A DNA stretch of 63,910 bases, the filler included, from Cercozoa sp. M6MM (taxonomy: Eukaryota > Protista > Endomyxa: Ascetosporea), in assembly GCA_040357565.1 (NCBI GenBank). It is 6 parts of 6 records of this genome, joined end to end, with 100 filler letters (N's around TTAATTAATTAA, not from the genome) between each part and the next. Parts side by side here need not be neighbours in the genome. Positions count along the whole stretch, not along the records: positions 24,518 to 48,484 come from JBDODJ010000164.1; positions 48,585 to 50,553 come from JBDODJ010001870.1; positions 50,654 to 54,051 come from JBDODJ010001477.1; 3 more parts are not named here. The stretch is one strand, 5' to 3'. The notes under the pieces were generated by a model that ran no database searches, was not told the DNA's origin, and saw nothing but the letters and a program-made list of their open reading frames with translations. Of this stretch, positions 36,201 to 51,748 are shown piece after piece. Both the position numbers and the translations under genes were made by a program. Every line of letters starts with the position of its first letter. Position 1 is the stretch's first letter.

Positions 36201-36940
36201 ATTTCCGGAGTTTCGTTTATGTAAATTTGAGTACTGTACAGTGCTATATATATATATATACCCGCATCTAAATTTAAATTATACGGTACCATCGGCCAGT
36301 AGCGTGGCGTGCGTATTCCCTACTTGGTGTGCAATTATCACTACGTTAACTGTGAACAAAATGGAACTCAATGTTTCAATGCCACAATAAGAACTGAATA
36401 AATTAAGTTTGTATTAGTCAACTGAAGGATTTAAAAGAAGTAAATTAAGTCCAACGAAGAGAAGAGAGCGACGCAGACGCTCAAGAGTCGTTAAGGAAAA
36501 ACGGGTAATCGCAGTAAACTGAGAAAACCCCTCGTCTCTGCACGCGGTCACGTAACAGGCGTCAAAGGGTGCCATACCTATCAAGCAAGTCGACAGTACG
36601 TTAAGCCCGGACGTTCCTCACTACGGTCAGTAGCGTTCGTCCAGCCTCTGCCGAACCAGGTTGTGCTTCTCCAGATAACGTTTAGGTTCTCTACACGCAG
36701 TGCCGAATGGCCAGTCCTAGAAACTTAAAACCAGGCTCAGCAAACCTGGTTTTATTTTCGTTTTGCGTTCATACCCGATTGCATAAATTAGCCGAACGGA
36801 ATTACTCTGCTCCGAAAGCACTCGCCTTGCGCGAATTACTCAGCCCACGGCCGAAAATTTTTCTCGAGTGTGTGTGCTAACTTAGAGTGTTTAAACATAC
36901 GCGCTCCGTCCGTCCTTAGCGCAGTAAAATACGACACGAA

Positions 36941-37532
36941 CTACTCAGAGGAGTTGTCACCTCGCAGCAGTGCCCCAAAGCGACGCATAGCTTCGTCCAT
37001 GTCCTCGTCGCTAAACAAACATGTATAGAAACATCCCCTCGCAGAACGCTATTATACGATACCTGCAGGTGGAGAAACTGGCACGCACGTAGCCTGTTGA
37101 GAAAAGAATCACATGTAACAACATGGACACACACTAAAGACATGCCTGTTGGGTGGTCGGCAGGATCGAAGCACTGTCCCGGTAACAAAAGGACCTTCTT
37201 GGCCACAGCGTCTTGGTTGATCAGTGCCTGGACAGGATGTGCGTATGTCAGAGCGTCTTAACTCATACAACAAACAATTATATTACGGCAGAATCGCTGT
37301 GCTGCAACAAGCGCATCCACACAAACATGCCTGCCGTGGGACGATCGAACTCGACCATAAGGTCACCCTTGTCGTTTCGCAGCTGAAAGGTAGAAGCGTG
37401 TCACGAGATAACAGGAGAGTACACATTGAAACAAAGAGGCTACATGTGTATCGATACAACGCATCATGCGGTCGCATCGCTGCTGGTAGAACTGTTTTAC
37501 TTGGCGCACATGCTCATCAAAGCCGTCGACAC

Positions 37533-37590
<58 letters not shown>

Positions 37591-37741
37591 CACGTACACC
37601 AAAAAGACAGGCGCGAAGGGCGCGGTCTACCTCCTGCGACGGGATAAGCGAGATCACGCGCACGGGCAGTACGTCGTGGTAGGGAGGCTTGCCCAGCGCC
37701 AGTTCCATCGCTGTGATACCCTGCAAAACAAAAATACACAC

Positions 37742-37806
<65 letters not shown>

Positions 37807-39550
37807 ACACACACGCACACATCACACACAATATAAAGAGTAAATGAAAGTACGAGGAAGGAGTTACCCCAATGCTCGAGGAGCGATGCAGCAGCAGCTT
37901 GCGCCACGCCACACGAGTGCAGACTATACTCAATGGTACCTTAAGGAGAGAGACAGACCAAGTGTGAAAACAGAAAAAACAATACGAAGTGGCCTGCGAC
38001 AAGAGGTCGATCTGGTGCACCAATGCAGACGGGCCAGTCACCCAGCCGAGTCGCAATCCACTCGACAGCAGCTGCGCTCACATACACACACCCGACTATT
38101 AGTCTTTGTAGTCTCTTCTTTTGTGACTCACCTTGGAGACCGAGTCAAGTCGCAGCACGCGTCCGTCCACGTCGAACGAGAGGTACGACGTCGGTGGTTC
38201 ATCTGTCGCGAGCAAGCATATTTGAGCGTGCAGGAGTGAAAGAAAGCAAACTGTACCAGCGTAGGCGAGGAAGTAATACGGATCGTCTTCAACAATCAGC
38301 CTAATCACAACGCATAAACTACAAGAGGGGGAGGGGCAACTGCGGGTGTGGCAACGTACAAGTCGAACTCCCGCGCGATCTCATAAATCTCGCGCTTGCG
38401 TTCAGTCTGCAAACCATAGCATATAATAACGTACGAAGAAGAGGTAAAAACTAGTAAGTACGCTAGTGGAGCGTCCAGAAGGATTCTGACCCGTCGGAAT
38501 CGTGTACAGCAGCCGTGGCATCGACTACAGAAACATAACAAGATAACACAAGGCCAAAGACATGCCGAGGTTTCTTACTCCGCCTTGCTGCTTACGTCGT
38601 GTCAGCACGTTTCGCAAGTCGTCTGGAATGAGACCCTGTGCATCTGTTGGACACACAATGACATGAAAATACACGCCATGAAACGTGTAGTACCAGTCTC
38701 AACCGACAGCAACTCGTGCTGGCGCGGACGCAGAAAGGCCTACGTATTTAAGGCTTGAATAAAACAAGGGTCAGAGGGGAAGGGGACGGGGCAGAGGACC
38801 AGTGCGCCCGAATAGGTGGGTGACTCGACAACGACGGCATCGCCAGGGTCCGAGAACTCCTCAAATACGCGCCACAGGGCGTCTTGCGATCCCTGAGTGC
38901 AAGTAAAGTTAACGTACTATGAAAAAGAAAGTAAAGTGCGCCAAGAAAGCACTACCGTGGTGACAGAGATGGCCACATCGTCGCTCGAGATACCGTGGAA
39001 GCGTTCCTGGAGTGTGTGAAGCAAGCGCAGCAGACGAGGCAAGCCCTGTCCAAGAACATGAGAACTCAAGCTAGGGAAATGAATAAAACGTGAAGGGGGT
39101 ATAACGACAAGGCTGGGTGTACAGGAGTCGGCGAGTACTGGAGAGCTTCAGCCAAGTCAGCACCCTCAAGCGACAGCTGTGTTCCGTCCTTCAAGCGGAA
39201 GGACATTTCCTCGAAGGGAAACAGCTCCGGATTCGGCCTGTCAGTCAAAAGACAGTCTCGAATACTGAACATTTGGCAGGTGCAGAGGTGTCAGAGTAAA
39301 CATACAATCCGCCCCCAAGCGAAATCATGCCAGGAATTTTCAACAGAGGCATCCTGTCATGCCAGGATATATAGTTGTAATCGTCCGACACTGAAAACAT
39401 GCAGAAGCAACGAAGGTCATTACAGAGCACGAATGGGGCTAGGTTGCCGCAACTTGGCCACCTGCAGAACCAACATCACTGCACGAATGACGACAAAAAA
39501 AAAACTAATCACTGCACCTTAGAGAGCTTGGGCTGGAACTTTTTCGACAT
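36941..39550 (-). CDS. PLP-dependent class I aminotransferase (AADAT/KAT-II/Aro8-like)
   Basis: GMISLGGGLPNP, ALQYSPTPG, VTTGSQDAL, VESPTYSGAL, PTGQNPSG, LIVEDDPYYFL, GRVLRLDSVSK, LRLGW and VLLLPGQCF. Confidence 0.92.
37631..37720 (-). CDS. Displaced 90-nt kinase exon GITAMELALGKPPYHDVLPVRVISLIPSQE
   Basis: Bounded by CAG and GT, phase 0/0, and fits exactly into the gap at 29384-29438 of the STE20 kinase. Confidence 0.88.
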
Positions 39551-39687
39551 CTGACAAAACGTTATTATCGCAGACACACAAGAAAATTGACGATCAACTC
39601 GTTGCTGGCGAAAAGGTGGGCTTTTATTATTTTCCCAGCAGCGTTTCTGGCATTTCTGGCAGAAGCAGCACGAATTTAGTGTCGTGA

Positions 39688-42087
<2,400 letters not shown>

Positions 42088-42412
42088 ACGAACGGCGGCA
42101 AGAACATCAAATATTACCATCGCATGGCCTAACTAGTAAGACGGACGAATTGACGGTATAGTACGCGTACGATCCGGATCCATGTCACTGCACTGCACGA
42201 ATGGCGACAACGTTAACGTACGGCAACTGTGTCACTTGCCAGCTCCAGAAGGCAGCTTCCTCACACGATCTGACGCGACGGTATCTACGCTACTTAGGAT
42301 AACGAACGAACGACGGAAGCAGTGAGACCTCGCCTACGACGAGCGCTCAGCTCATGATAAACGCTAAATCTTCAGTTACGTTAACGTTCAACCGGGTGCG
42401 ATTTCACGTCAG

Positions 42413-43902
42413 TTAGTAAAAGATGCTGAGCACGCGGTGGTGCGGCGGCAGCGACGTGCGCTGAGCTTCTCCTCGCTCCCTGCAAATAACTCGTAATACC
42501 CTTCAGTTTTTGCACACTTAACGTGTCACAGAAACCCAAACTACCAGAGAGCCCAATCGATCTGAACCGGCGTGACGCCGAGCAGCTTTGCCAAAAGTTC
42601 GACGGCGTGGATGGTAGCAGCACGCAGTTCACACTCGAAGGTGCCGCCGTGGGGGAGCTCTTGTTGCTGCGCGATAGCCTGTCGTAGTTCCTCACTGCGC
42701 AAGACCATGCCGCCCGTGTGCAAGAGCAGCTGCGGAATTCGGTAATCCGGGAAGCAGGTAAGACGCTCAATGTTCCGCAAGGCACCCAAACCCTGGCCTA
42801 CACGCACGTGGACCCCATATCTTACGCACACTTGTCCCATCTCCATAGATCCTTCTACCGCCAAAGGCGCCCCAGACATCACCAACAAAAATCTGCGCGC
42901 GCTTGTAAAAAAAGACCTGGTGGCCCTGGTAGATGGCGTGGTCTGCACGAACAAGTGTCATCAATTAGGCTGGAACAATAAGGCGAGGCAGGGTACCACG
43001 GAAAGCCGGGAAGAAGGACGTCACCAAATCCACCAAACGGACAGCACAGCCTGCACCACTCTCTGTCCAACTAAACCGAGATAGCACCATACTTCTTTAC
43101 CATCAGCACGCTCGATGAGGTTTTTGGCAAGGCCGTTGAAGTGTGCGCTCAACACAGAACCGACCTGTCAATTTAAGGCATAGTCGAACCTACAAGTCTC
43201 GTTCCGTAATTTATACCTCACGGAGAAGACGTGCCCGCTCGCTGGCCAGCGGTACTTGCGACGGCTCGAACGGCGTGCCCGTGGTCAGCCACTGTCGCAC
43301 CTGCTGCTCTGTCACCTTGGCGAGGTTTTCGGCGGCAAACGCGCTGCCTGCATACAATTTGAGATGGCTTTGTTTGAGGTATTCTTGATATTTGACAGTA
43401 CGGTCCGCGCGGAAGACAGCAGTGAGCGAAGAGGCCAAGTGCTCGTACTCGTAACCCTCAAGCGGCCAGAAGCAAAAGTTCAGCGCATCCAGCACGAGTA
43501 CATACTGTGCCGTATCGGTCTCGTTTTCGGGGTCCACAAAATGGTCTAAGCACATCCATACACGTATGAGTATATAAACACATATAAATGTACGTATTTA
43601 TCATTTTCGAGGTACAATCTTGAGCCCAATTCAGCGTCTCCGGAGCAAGTTGGTGGAGCCAACGTTGCTAAGTGAAAGGGGTGAGCGTGTGCAAGTTTAC
43701 ACAATACGAGGTGTACGACCTACCCACTCATCGGAATTCTCTTCAACATCCTTACGCAAGGCAGCCTCGTCCACGATTACGGACTGCGCAGGATATGTCG
43801 GGCAATTAATACAGGCGCAAAGGCATTGGGCAAAGAAATCACCTTGCTCAGCGACGAGACCAGGGCGCAGCTTCTGCGCACTTCTCCGCACGGATCTACC
43901 AT
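42413..43902 (-). CDS. QNG1: Queuosine salvage protein (DUF2419/C9orf64)
   Basis: VLDALNFCFWP, FYKRAQIFVGDVW, LTCFPDYRIPQLL, ECELRAATIHAVE, IDWALW and the terminal PHHRVLSIFY*. Confidence 0.93.
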
Positions 43903-44337
43903 CTAAGTAGCACTATCACGATAGCACACGTTCGCACGTCTATCAGAGCAGATTCCTGCGTATCATGTCCATCGATAACTACTGTATTGCATCCAGATGA
44001 TAATTCTCGATCCCTGTGCCGTCTGAATGTTGAGTACTGCAGCTCACAAGAATATTGAAACAATTACAAGCGTGCTCCTTGAAAAATGCGGTGCTGCAGA
44101 ACTTGTACAGTTTTAATCATCTTTCTCTCAGACCCACGGATTTTACTGTACAAGCAAGCAGTAAGCAGCAGTGGTGTGTGCGTGTAAAGTATTTACAGCA
44201 ATTAGGAGGCAAGACTCGTGAGAAAGGGCGTCACAGCTCATATCGTAAATTTACAGCAAGACAAATGACTTTCTTTGTGCCTCTCCTGTGTTTCTTCTGG
44301 ACGATGAGACCACGCTATGTGCAGGCAGCGAGCAAGG

Positions 44338-47300
44338 ATGGTGCTGCTCGAGGTGTTGCGTCGGAGGGCGCGCACGCTGAGCGATGCCATCCGCGACAGT
44401 GACGAGGAGGTGCGCATGCGCGCGACGCAACAGCTGCGGCATCTGCTGGATCGCGCTGGTGCCGAGCTGGGCGGTGATGCCTACGCCTCGCTGGTGGACA
44501 CGCTGCTGACAGCGGCACTGGAGATGATCCAGACGCCTCCCAAGGACCGTGCAGTGGCCTGGCGTTTGGGTGCACTCGGCGTCATGGACGCGCTGTGCGA
44601 CGACAAGGCACGTGCGCCGCAGCAGTCCGACGTCGACTCGATCGTGGGCCGTGTGCAGAGCTACCTGCTGCTGCTGTTTGATCAAGGCGACCGACAGGTG
44701 ATTCCCCAGGCAGCGCGTGTCGTTGGTCGGTTCGCCGTATCGCAGCTTGCGTCTGGAGTGCTCACGGCGGTGATCGAGCGTCAGGTGCAGGTCGCTACGG
44801 GCTGGCTTCAGTGTTCTGGTACGGTCCCTGTGTTACCGGGACTCTACGACATGAAGGTATACCACGACGGCACATGTATTGTTTGCTGTGCACACAGGCA
44901 GCAGCTGGCAGGACGTGCAGCGACGGCACGCAGGAGTGCTGGTGCTGAAGGAGCTGGCCGAGTGCGTGCCGACACAGTTCAATGTGCAGCTGGAGCGTTT
45001 CTTGAACTACATCCTGACGGCATGCTGCGACGCCGACGATGCGATTCGACGCGACGCCGTGCTTGCGCTTCGACACGGTCTGACGCTGGTGGCACGTCGT
45101 GCCGATGCGAGCTTCCGTGCCACAGCCTACGAGCGACTGTACAACGACGCCAAGCGGCGCATGGACGCGCGGCATGCGCGCTATGAGGCACTGCATGGCG
45201 CCTTGTTGATCCTGGGCGAGCTGCTGAGAGGCAGCGGCGATGGCTTCATGTCAGCGCGTTACAAGGACACAATGGATCTGGTGCTGCGCTTCCGGAGACA
45301 TTCGGACCAGCGCGTCAAGCTCGCCGTCATCGAGCTCGTTCCGCAACTCGCTGCCTTCTCTCCGTCGTAGTTCTTCCCATGCTTACCCCCTCCCACTCCA
45401 TTTGTTACGCCCTGTGTGTGTATGTGCTGTGAGCAGTGTCTTTGTCAAGTCGTGGCTGCATCCATGCGGCGACTTTTTGAGCGAGCACGTGCAGCGCGAC
45501 GTTAAGCTCGGCCGCTCGAGCAAGGAGCGCGACAAGGTGGCCGACGCACTGGGCCTGCAAACGGCGGCCTTCTTGTCCATGGGTCGACTGGCACTTGCTG
45601 TCAACACACACATGGAGCAGTGGCTCGTGCCTACGGTACCCTGCCTCCTTGTGTGTACCTTCTGTCCTGTGTGTACCTTTCACCCATGCATGTACAGGTC
45701 AGGTACTGCCGCAACCGACTGCTGCATGTGTCGCAGCTGTTGCAGCTGATCGGCACGAGCAGCAGCAGCTCGGTCGTGCCGTCGCTGTCGCGATCCAAGT
45801 CGGTCACGAGTGTACCGCTTGTCTGTCCCTGTGTGCCTCCCTGTCTCGCCTCCCTGTCTGTCTACAAGTGTGTTGTTCCACCTCATCTGACAGGTACAGT
45901 CGGAGGCACTGCTGGCGCAAGAACTGGCAGCACCGGCTTTGCGCTGCCTGTCGATGCTGGCCGAGGCACTGGGACCGCGCATGCAGGGACCCGTGGTCGG
46001 CGTGGTGGACCTACTGTTCGCCGACGGGCAGGGCGCGCTGCTGCTCTTCAACGAGACCTTTGTGCAGACACTGCAGCGTCTGGTGCGCTTCATCCCGGAG
46101 CTGCTGGGTCTCATCCAGGACCGTCTGCTGCGCGTCGTGACGGACATTCTTCTGGGCGTGCATGCGCCCTACGCGCTGCTGCAGGAGGCCGAGCGAGCGG
46201 CGGCGCAGTCGGGCAAGTCGACGCCGTCGGCCATGGCGCTTCTCGTGGCCGCTAGCAGCGGCAGCGAACGCGCGCAGAAACAACAACTCACGCTGGCCTA
46301 CGATGCCTACCTGCGTCACCAATCCGTGTATGGCAGCGAACTCAGTACCTTTGCCATCGGCACACCTGCCACCGGCTCGACGCGCGGCTCTGGCTCCGTA
46401 TCGGCCAGGTACCTCTCTCTCTCTTCCGTTTTGTGGTACGTCTAGAGTTGTATCCCTCCTCCCTACTGCAGGGACAGCTTGATGAGCACGGCGTTGGATG
46501 CACACGCGGTGCAGCAGCGTGCCGCATTAGCACTGCGTACACTGGGTAACTTTAACTTCGCGCCGCACGATCTGCTGCCGCTGGTGCGCGAGACAGTGAC
46601 GTGTTTCCTGGACGCTGCGTCGCCTGTGCTGCGTGCTGAGGCAGCCAAGTGCTGCGCCAAGATTGTGCTGCAAGTATGTCCCATGCCTTGTACATACGTT
46701 CCATACCGCTATGCTCCATGACTTATAACTGTGCTCCGTGCCCACTGCAGGTGTATGGCGACTCGGATGCAGCAGACGCGCCGTGTGCGGCCGATGCAGT
46801 GCGCAGTCTGAGCGACGAGCGGCGCTCGCTGGAGCTGGCGACGCGCGAGCGACACCGTGCCGCGCTAGTGGCGCAGATCCTTGAGCGCCTGCTCAGCGTG
46901 GCGGCCGCTGACCTGGACGCGTCGATTCGAGGTGCCGTGCTGCACACGCTGGAGCCGATGCTGCAGACGAAGGATGCGCGTCTGCGCCAGGTGCTCGCGC
47001 AGCCCTGGGCACTGCAGAAACTCTTGACTGCTCTCAACGACGAGTCCGAGAGTGTACCTTCTTCTTTGTGGGATTGCTTTTGGCCCCTATGGGTGTACGA
47101 GTGCATGCGATAGAATCGAGCAACAGCAACGACACTGGTGGGCAAACTTAGTGCAAGCAATGCGGCGGCAGTGCTGCCTGCACTGCGCAAGCTGCTGCTG
47201 CAGTTACTGGCCGAGTTGCACTACTCGGTGGACAGCGCGAGTCGGCGCAGCAGTGCCGAGCAGCTGCGCTGTCTGGTGGCAGCTGCGCCCGAACTGGTGC

Positions 47301-48428
47301 AGCCCTACGTGGCTTCGATCCTCAAGGTGCTGCTGCCGCGTGTCGACGACCAGGACGCCGATGTAGCCACGGCCGTACTGGCCGCACTAGGTGAACTGGC
47401 GCACGTCGGTGGCACCGATATGGCACGCTGTACCGACGAGTTGCTGGCACTGCTGGTGGGCCTGCTGCGCGACCAGCAGCGACTCGCGCGCGGCGACGAC
47501 GCCGCCTCACCGCACGAACGCGCGCGCGGCAACAGCGACGCCGCCGCTGGTGCCGCCGGTGCTGCCACCGGTGCCGACACGGCCGCTGACGATGCTCGCC
47601 GCGAGGCCCGGCGGCACGTGCGGCCTGACGTGGTACTGCGTGTCATGTCGGCCCTCGTGGAAAGTTCGGGTCGCGTGGTGGCGCCCTACCTGCGGCACGA
47701 GCGACTGCTGGATGTGCTGCTGCACTACGTCAGTCCGACTCATGGCTGGCATGTGCGCAAGGAGGCCATCCGATGTATCGGCGTGTTGGGCGCACTGGAC
47801 CCGTTCCAGTACCGGCAGGTACCTTGTGCGTCTGTACCTTCCCTTCTGTTCTTATTGCTACTTGTTGGCAGATCCGACAGGGACGCCTGGCGCGTCACTC
47901 AGAGGAGGCCTTCCCGGACTACAGTGCCACAGGAGGCGGCGACGACGGCGATGGCGACGACGAGGACAGCAAGCAGAACGGTCGTGTCACCGACCTGGCT
48001 TTGCTGCAGCGGCAGTTCCGCCTGCGCACCGATACCAAGGACGGCGTACGCTTCTTACCCCATCTGACCTTTATCCCATCTTACCCCCCCCCCCCGCCCG
48101 TATAGGCCCCTAACCCCTACCCTCACCTTACACCTAACCCTACCCCACCTTACCCTTAACCCCTACCCCACCCTATCTCTAACCTCTACCCTTACCCCAC
48201 CCTTTCGTGCAGAGCAAGAGCAGCAACGCGGATGCTTTCTACGAACGCTTCGTGCTGCACGCGCTGCTGAACATGCTGAACGACTCTTCACTGCTGCGGC
48301 TGCACCACCAATGCGTCGCCGCGGTGGACTCAATCTTTGCCACGCTGCGCGATCGGTGTGCCGACTTCCTGGACACGTCAGTGCCGACGCTGCTGCGCGT
48401 GCTGCGACACACTCGCTCGGACACTTCG
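44338..48428 (+). CDS. TOR: Target of rapamycin kinase, N-terminal HEAT region (3' truncated by contig end)
   Basis: RRHAGVLVLKELA..PTQF, HGALLILGELL, ALRTLGNFNF, LTALNDE, VGKLSASNAAAVLPALRKLLLQLLAEL, SSGRVVAPY and RKEAIRCIGVLGALDP. Confidence 0.9.
48107..48202 (+). repeat. Degenerate telomere-like (CCCTAA/CCCTAC/CCTTAC) tract in a TOR intron
   Basis: Reads cccctaacccctaccctcaccttacacctaaccctacccc... Confidence 0.5.
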
Positions 48429-48450
48429 GTGAGTCGCACGGACTGTGTGT

Positions 48451-48484
<34 letters not shown>

Positions 48485-48943
48485 NNNNNNNNNNNNNNNN
48501 NNNNNNNNNNNNNNNNNNNNNNNNNNNNTTAATTAATTAANNNNNNNNNNNNNNNNNNNNNNNNNNNNNNNNNNNNNNNNNNNNGGGGGGGGTAGGGAGT
48601 AAAAACGCACTCGCGCAGAAAGTCGTCGCAGAGATTGATGTTGCTCATTTCGAGTCGTCGCTGTGATCACAAAACATCGACATGGTCACATTGATCGATC
48701 ACAAGTGACCACATAGTCAGAACGATCGATCGTACATGATCATTGATCGATCATGATCGATCAGGTGGTCACTATACAAAATAAAATCGCACCAAACGCA
48801 GGATGTTGTAGTCCTCCGACAGCAGTCGCAGAATGTCGCGCAGCACGCGGCGTCTGTTTTTCATTTTTGTTGCATCTTTTGTTGTTTTTCTTGTTCTTGC
48901 TTTTTCGGTTATTTTCCCAGCCCCACAAATACAGAAAAAGCAG

Positions 48944-49065
48944 CTACCGGCGGTGCGGAGCGACGCGATCGAACACGCGACGATTGTTCATGTTGAACAC
49001 TGTACGGGAGGTTAAAAGGGGGGGTAAAAAGTGAGGAAGGGTTAAAAGGGGCTCAAAGGGACCCG

Positions 49066-49102
<37 letters not shown>

Positions 49103-50517
49103 AGCGGGCAAAACCAGGACCGTCGAACAGCTCAGCGTCCTCACGCGAGTTTTCGTCGGCGCGCTGCGCATGCACACGTCGCTCCTGCGGCCGCAGCATG
49201 TCCAGCACCACCTCCACTGTCCAAACACGCATTCCGTTCAAATGGACCGCACAAACCGACGGTACAAATCCGCAAACCGCACCATATCCAATGCACAAAA
49301 CACAAACAAAAAAAAAAAAAGATGCAGACACCGCCATGCGACAGACGCTCCTCCAACACGTCTGTCATCACCTCACCAGCATCCTCGCGTCGCTCCTGTC
49401 AGCACAATCACACACAAATCCAGATACAGCAAAAAAAAAAAACTGGCTACAAACTGCCAGTTGGGCAAAACTGCAAAACTGGACTGGGCTGTACCTTGTC
49501 CAGTCGCGAGCGATCGACATCGGCACGGCGTGCAGCACGTAGGCCTGTCCATCAGGTGCCCATTTGAGGTCAGTTCGGCTTGCAGTTGAGCAAAACAAAA
49601 AAGTAAAAGCTACGGGACTCTTGTCGCCGTGAGGACTCAGACGTGATGGCAGCCTTGGCATAGGCCTTGGCACGTGCACGGATACCTTCGTCAGCTTTGC
49701 CGCGAAGACGCATGGCCTGAGTGTTGATTTTACTGACCCACTTAATTAATCAAAGCATTGCACGCGTGATACCTTTTTCTGCTCGCGTCGCACGTGCTTG
49801 TCCTCTTGTTTCTTGGGGATTAACTGAAACACACAGTGTACACATGCAGTTCTAGCCCTGAGTATCGACGCTACCTGGACAGCGTGTTCTTCGACCTCGC
49901 GAACGATGCCGTCGCTCGGCGGAGCGGTCTGATCGCTGGAGTGATCGTTGGAGTGATCGTTTGAGTGATCGTTTGAGTGATCGACACCGTCAGTCGAGTG
50001 ATCCGAGTCAGCGGCATCATCGCTGTCACCGTCCTCGCTGTCGCTGTCGCTGAGTGGCGCCAGGTCGCTGTCCGACAGCGACTCCACCTCACTCGTGTCG
50101 ACGCTGCCCACGGGGGGGGGGGGGGAAAAGGGGGTTAAGGGGGGTAAATGGGGGGGAAGGGGGGAGGGGTTGAGGGGGTAAAAACCACGGTANNNNNNNN
50201 NNNNNNNNNNNNNNNNNNNNNNNNNNNNNNNNNNNNNNNNNNNNNNNNNNNNNNNNNNNNNNNNNNNNNNNNNNNNNNNNNNNNNNNNNNNNAAAGGGGA
50301 GAGGGGTGAAGGGGGTAAACACACAGGAACTCGTCGCTGTCGTCGCTGAGCACTTCTTCCGGAGTCTCCTGTCGGCTCACATCGGGCTCAATGTGCTCAA
50401 TGGGCTCATTAAGCTCATTGGGCTCAACTGGCTCCTGGCTCACATTGGGCTCAGTGCTCTCCTGACTCCTGACTGCCTGCTCCGGCACACCTGCCTCGGC
50501 GCTGATGGGCGTCACGT
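48944..50517 (-). CDS. Hypothetical protein with acidic low-complexity region, 5' truncated
   Basis: Exons EPNELNEPIEHIEPD / SDSDSEDGDSDD / DLKWAPDGQAYVLH / VEVVLDMLRPQERR separated by C-rich introns on the - strand. Confidence 0.5.
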
Positions 50518-50709
50518 ACATTATGCTACGGGGGGGGGGGGTAAGGGGGTAAGNNNNNNNNNNNNNNNNNNNNNNNNNNNNNNNNNNNNNNNNNNNNTTA
50601 ATTAATTAANNNNNNNNNNNNNNNNNNNNNNNNNNNNNNNNNNNNNNNNNNNNGGGGGGGGGGGGTAAGGGGGCACAAGCTAAGGGCAAATGAGCGCCTG
50701 TAGGACACA

Positions 50710-51702
50710 CTACCATCGGGTTGAGCTTGCCGCCAATGAGCTGCACAAAGTCGTCGTCGCCGATAATGATCCAGCAGTCGGCATTGCCAGCGGCCTAACC
50801 ATACCGCATACACCATATAGAATACACGTTTATATTATATATATATATATATATATACATATATACAACATAAATGTACAGAAGCATATAGATACAAGCA
50901 CAAGGCACCTCCTTCACGGTGCCCTTGGGACCCGTCTTGAGGTCGACGATGAACTTCTTCTTGGCGTCGCCCTTGGTGATCTCAAAGCCGAACACGGCGC
51001 CCACCTGCTCGCACACACCAGCCAGCGCCTCGCTCTGCAGCGCGCCGCCCATCTGCTGGAACACGGCGTCCGCGCGGAGAGTCACGCCGGCACCACCGGC
51101 CTTCTCACGCGGCTTCAGAGCCGTCGCGAGCGGCTTGCCCTGTCGCGGGGGGGGGGGGGGGGGGGGGGGGGTGTGCGAGCAGGTGGGCGCCGTGTTCGGC
51201 TTTGAGATNNNNNNNNNNNNNNNNNNNNNNNNNNNNNNNNNNNNNNNNNNNNNNNNNNNNNNNNNNNNNNNNNNNNNNNNNNNNNNNNNNNNNNNNNNNN
51301 NNNNNNNNGGGGAGGGGGGTAAAGGGGAAGAGATGCCAAGACGGCGCATACCTTGCGCGGCGGCATCTGCGCGAACTGCGCCTTCTTGAACACTGTGACG
51401 ACGGCGGCACCGCCGAGGCCGAGGTTGTGCTGCAGAGCGACGTCCGCATTCGGCACCTGTCATATGTGCATGTATGCCATACATAATATACGGAATATAC
51501 AAGCATAGATATATAGATATGATATATAGATATGATATATATAGATATGGGTCCGCCCACACGCAAGCAGCATACCTGACGCTCGCCACACTCGCCACGC
51601 AGCTGCCAGCACAGCTCCGAGCACTGCGCCAGACCGGTGGCACCCAGCGGGTGGCCCTGTATACACATTCGCATCAAATGCAAGCACACACATCGACCGC
51701 AT

Positions 51703-51748
<46 letters not shown>

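Noticed and set aside
48833-49015. + strand ORF with a signal-anchor-like N-terminus
   Set aside because: It overlaps the end of a - strand gene, and the hydrophobicity comes from a T-rich tract.
51171-51208. Inverted duplicate of part of an SCP2 exon (about 50979-51016)
   Set aside because: It lies between a poly-G run and an N gap, typical of a sequencing or assembly fold-back artefact.
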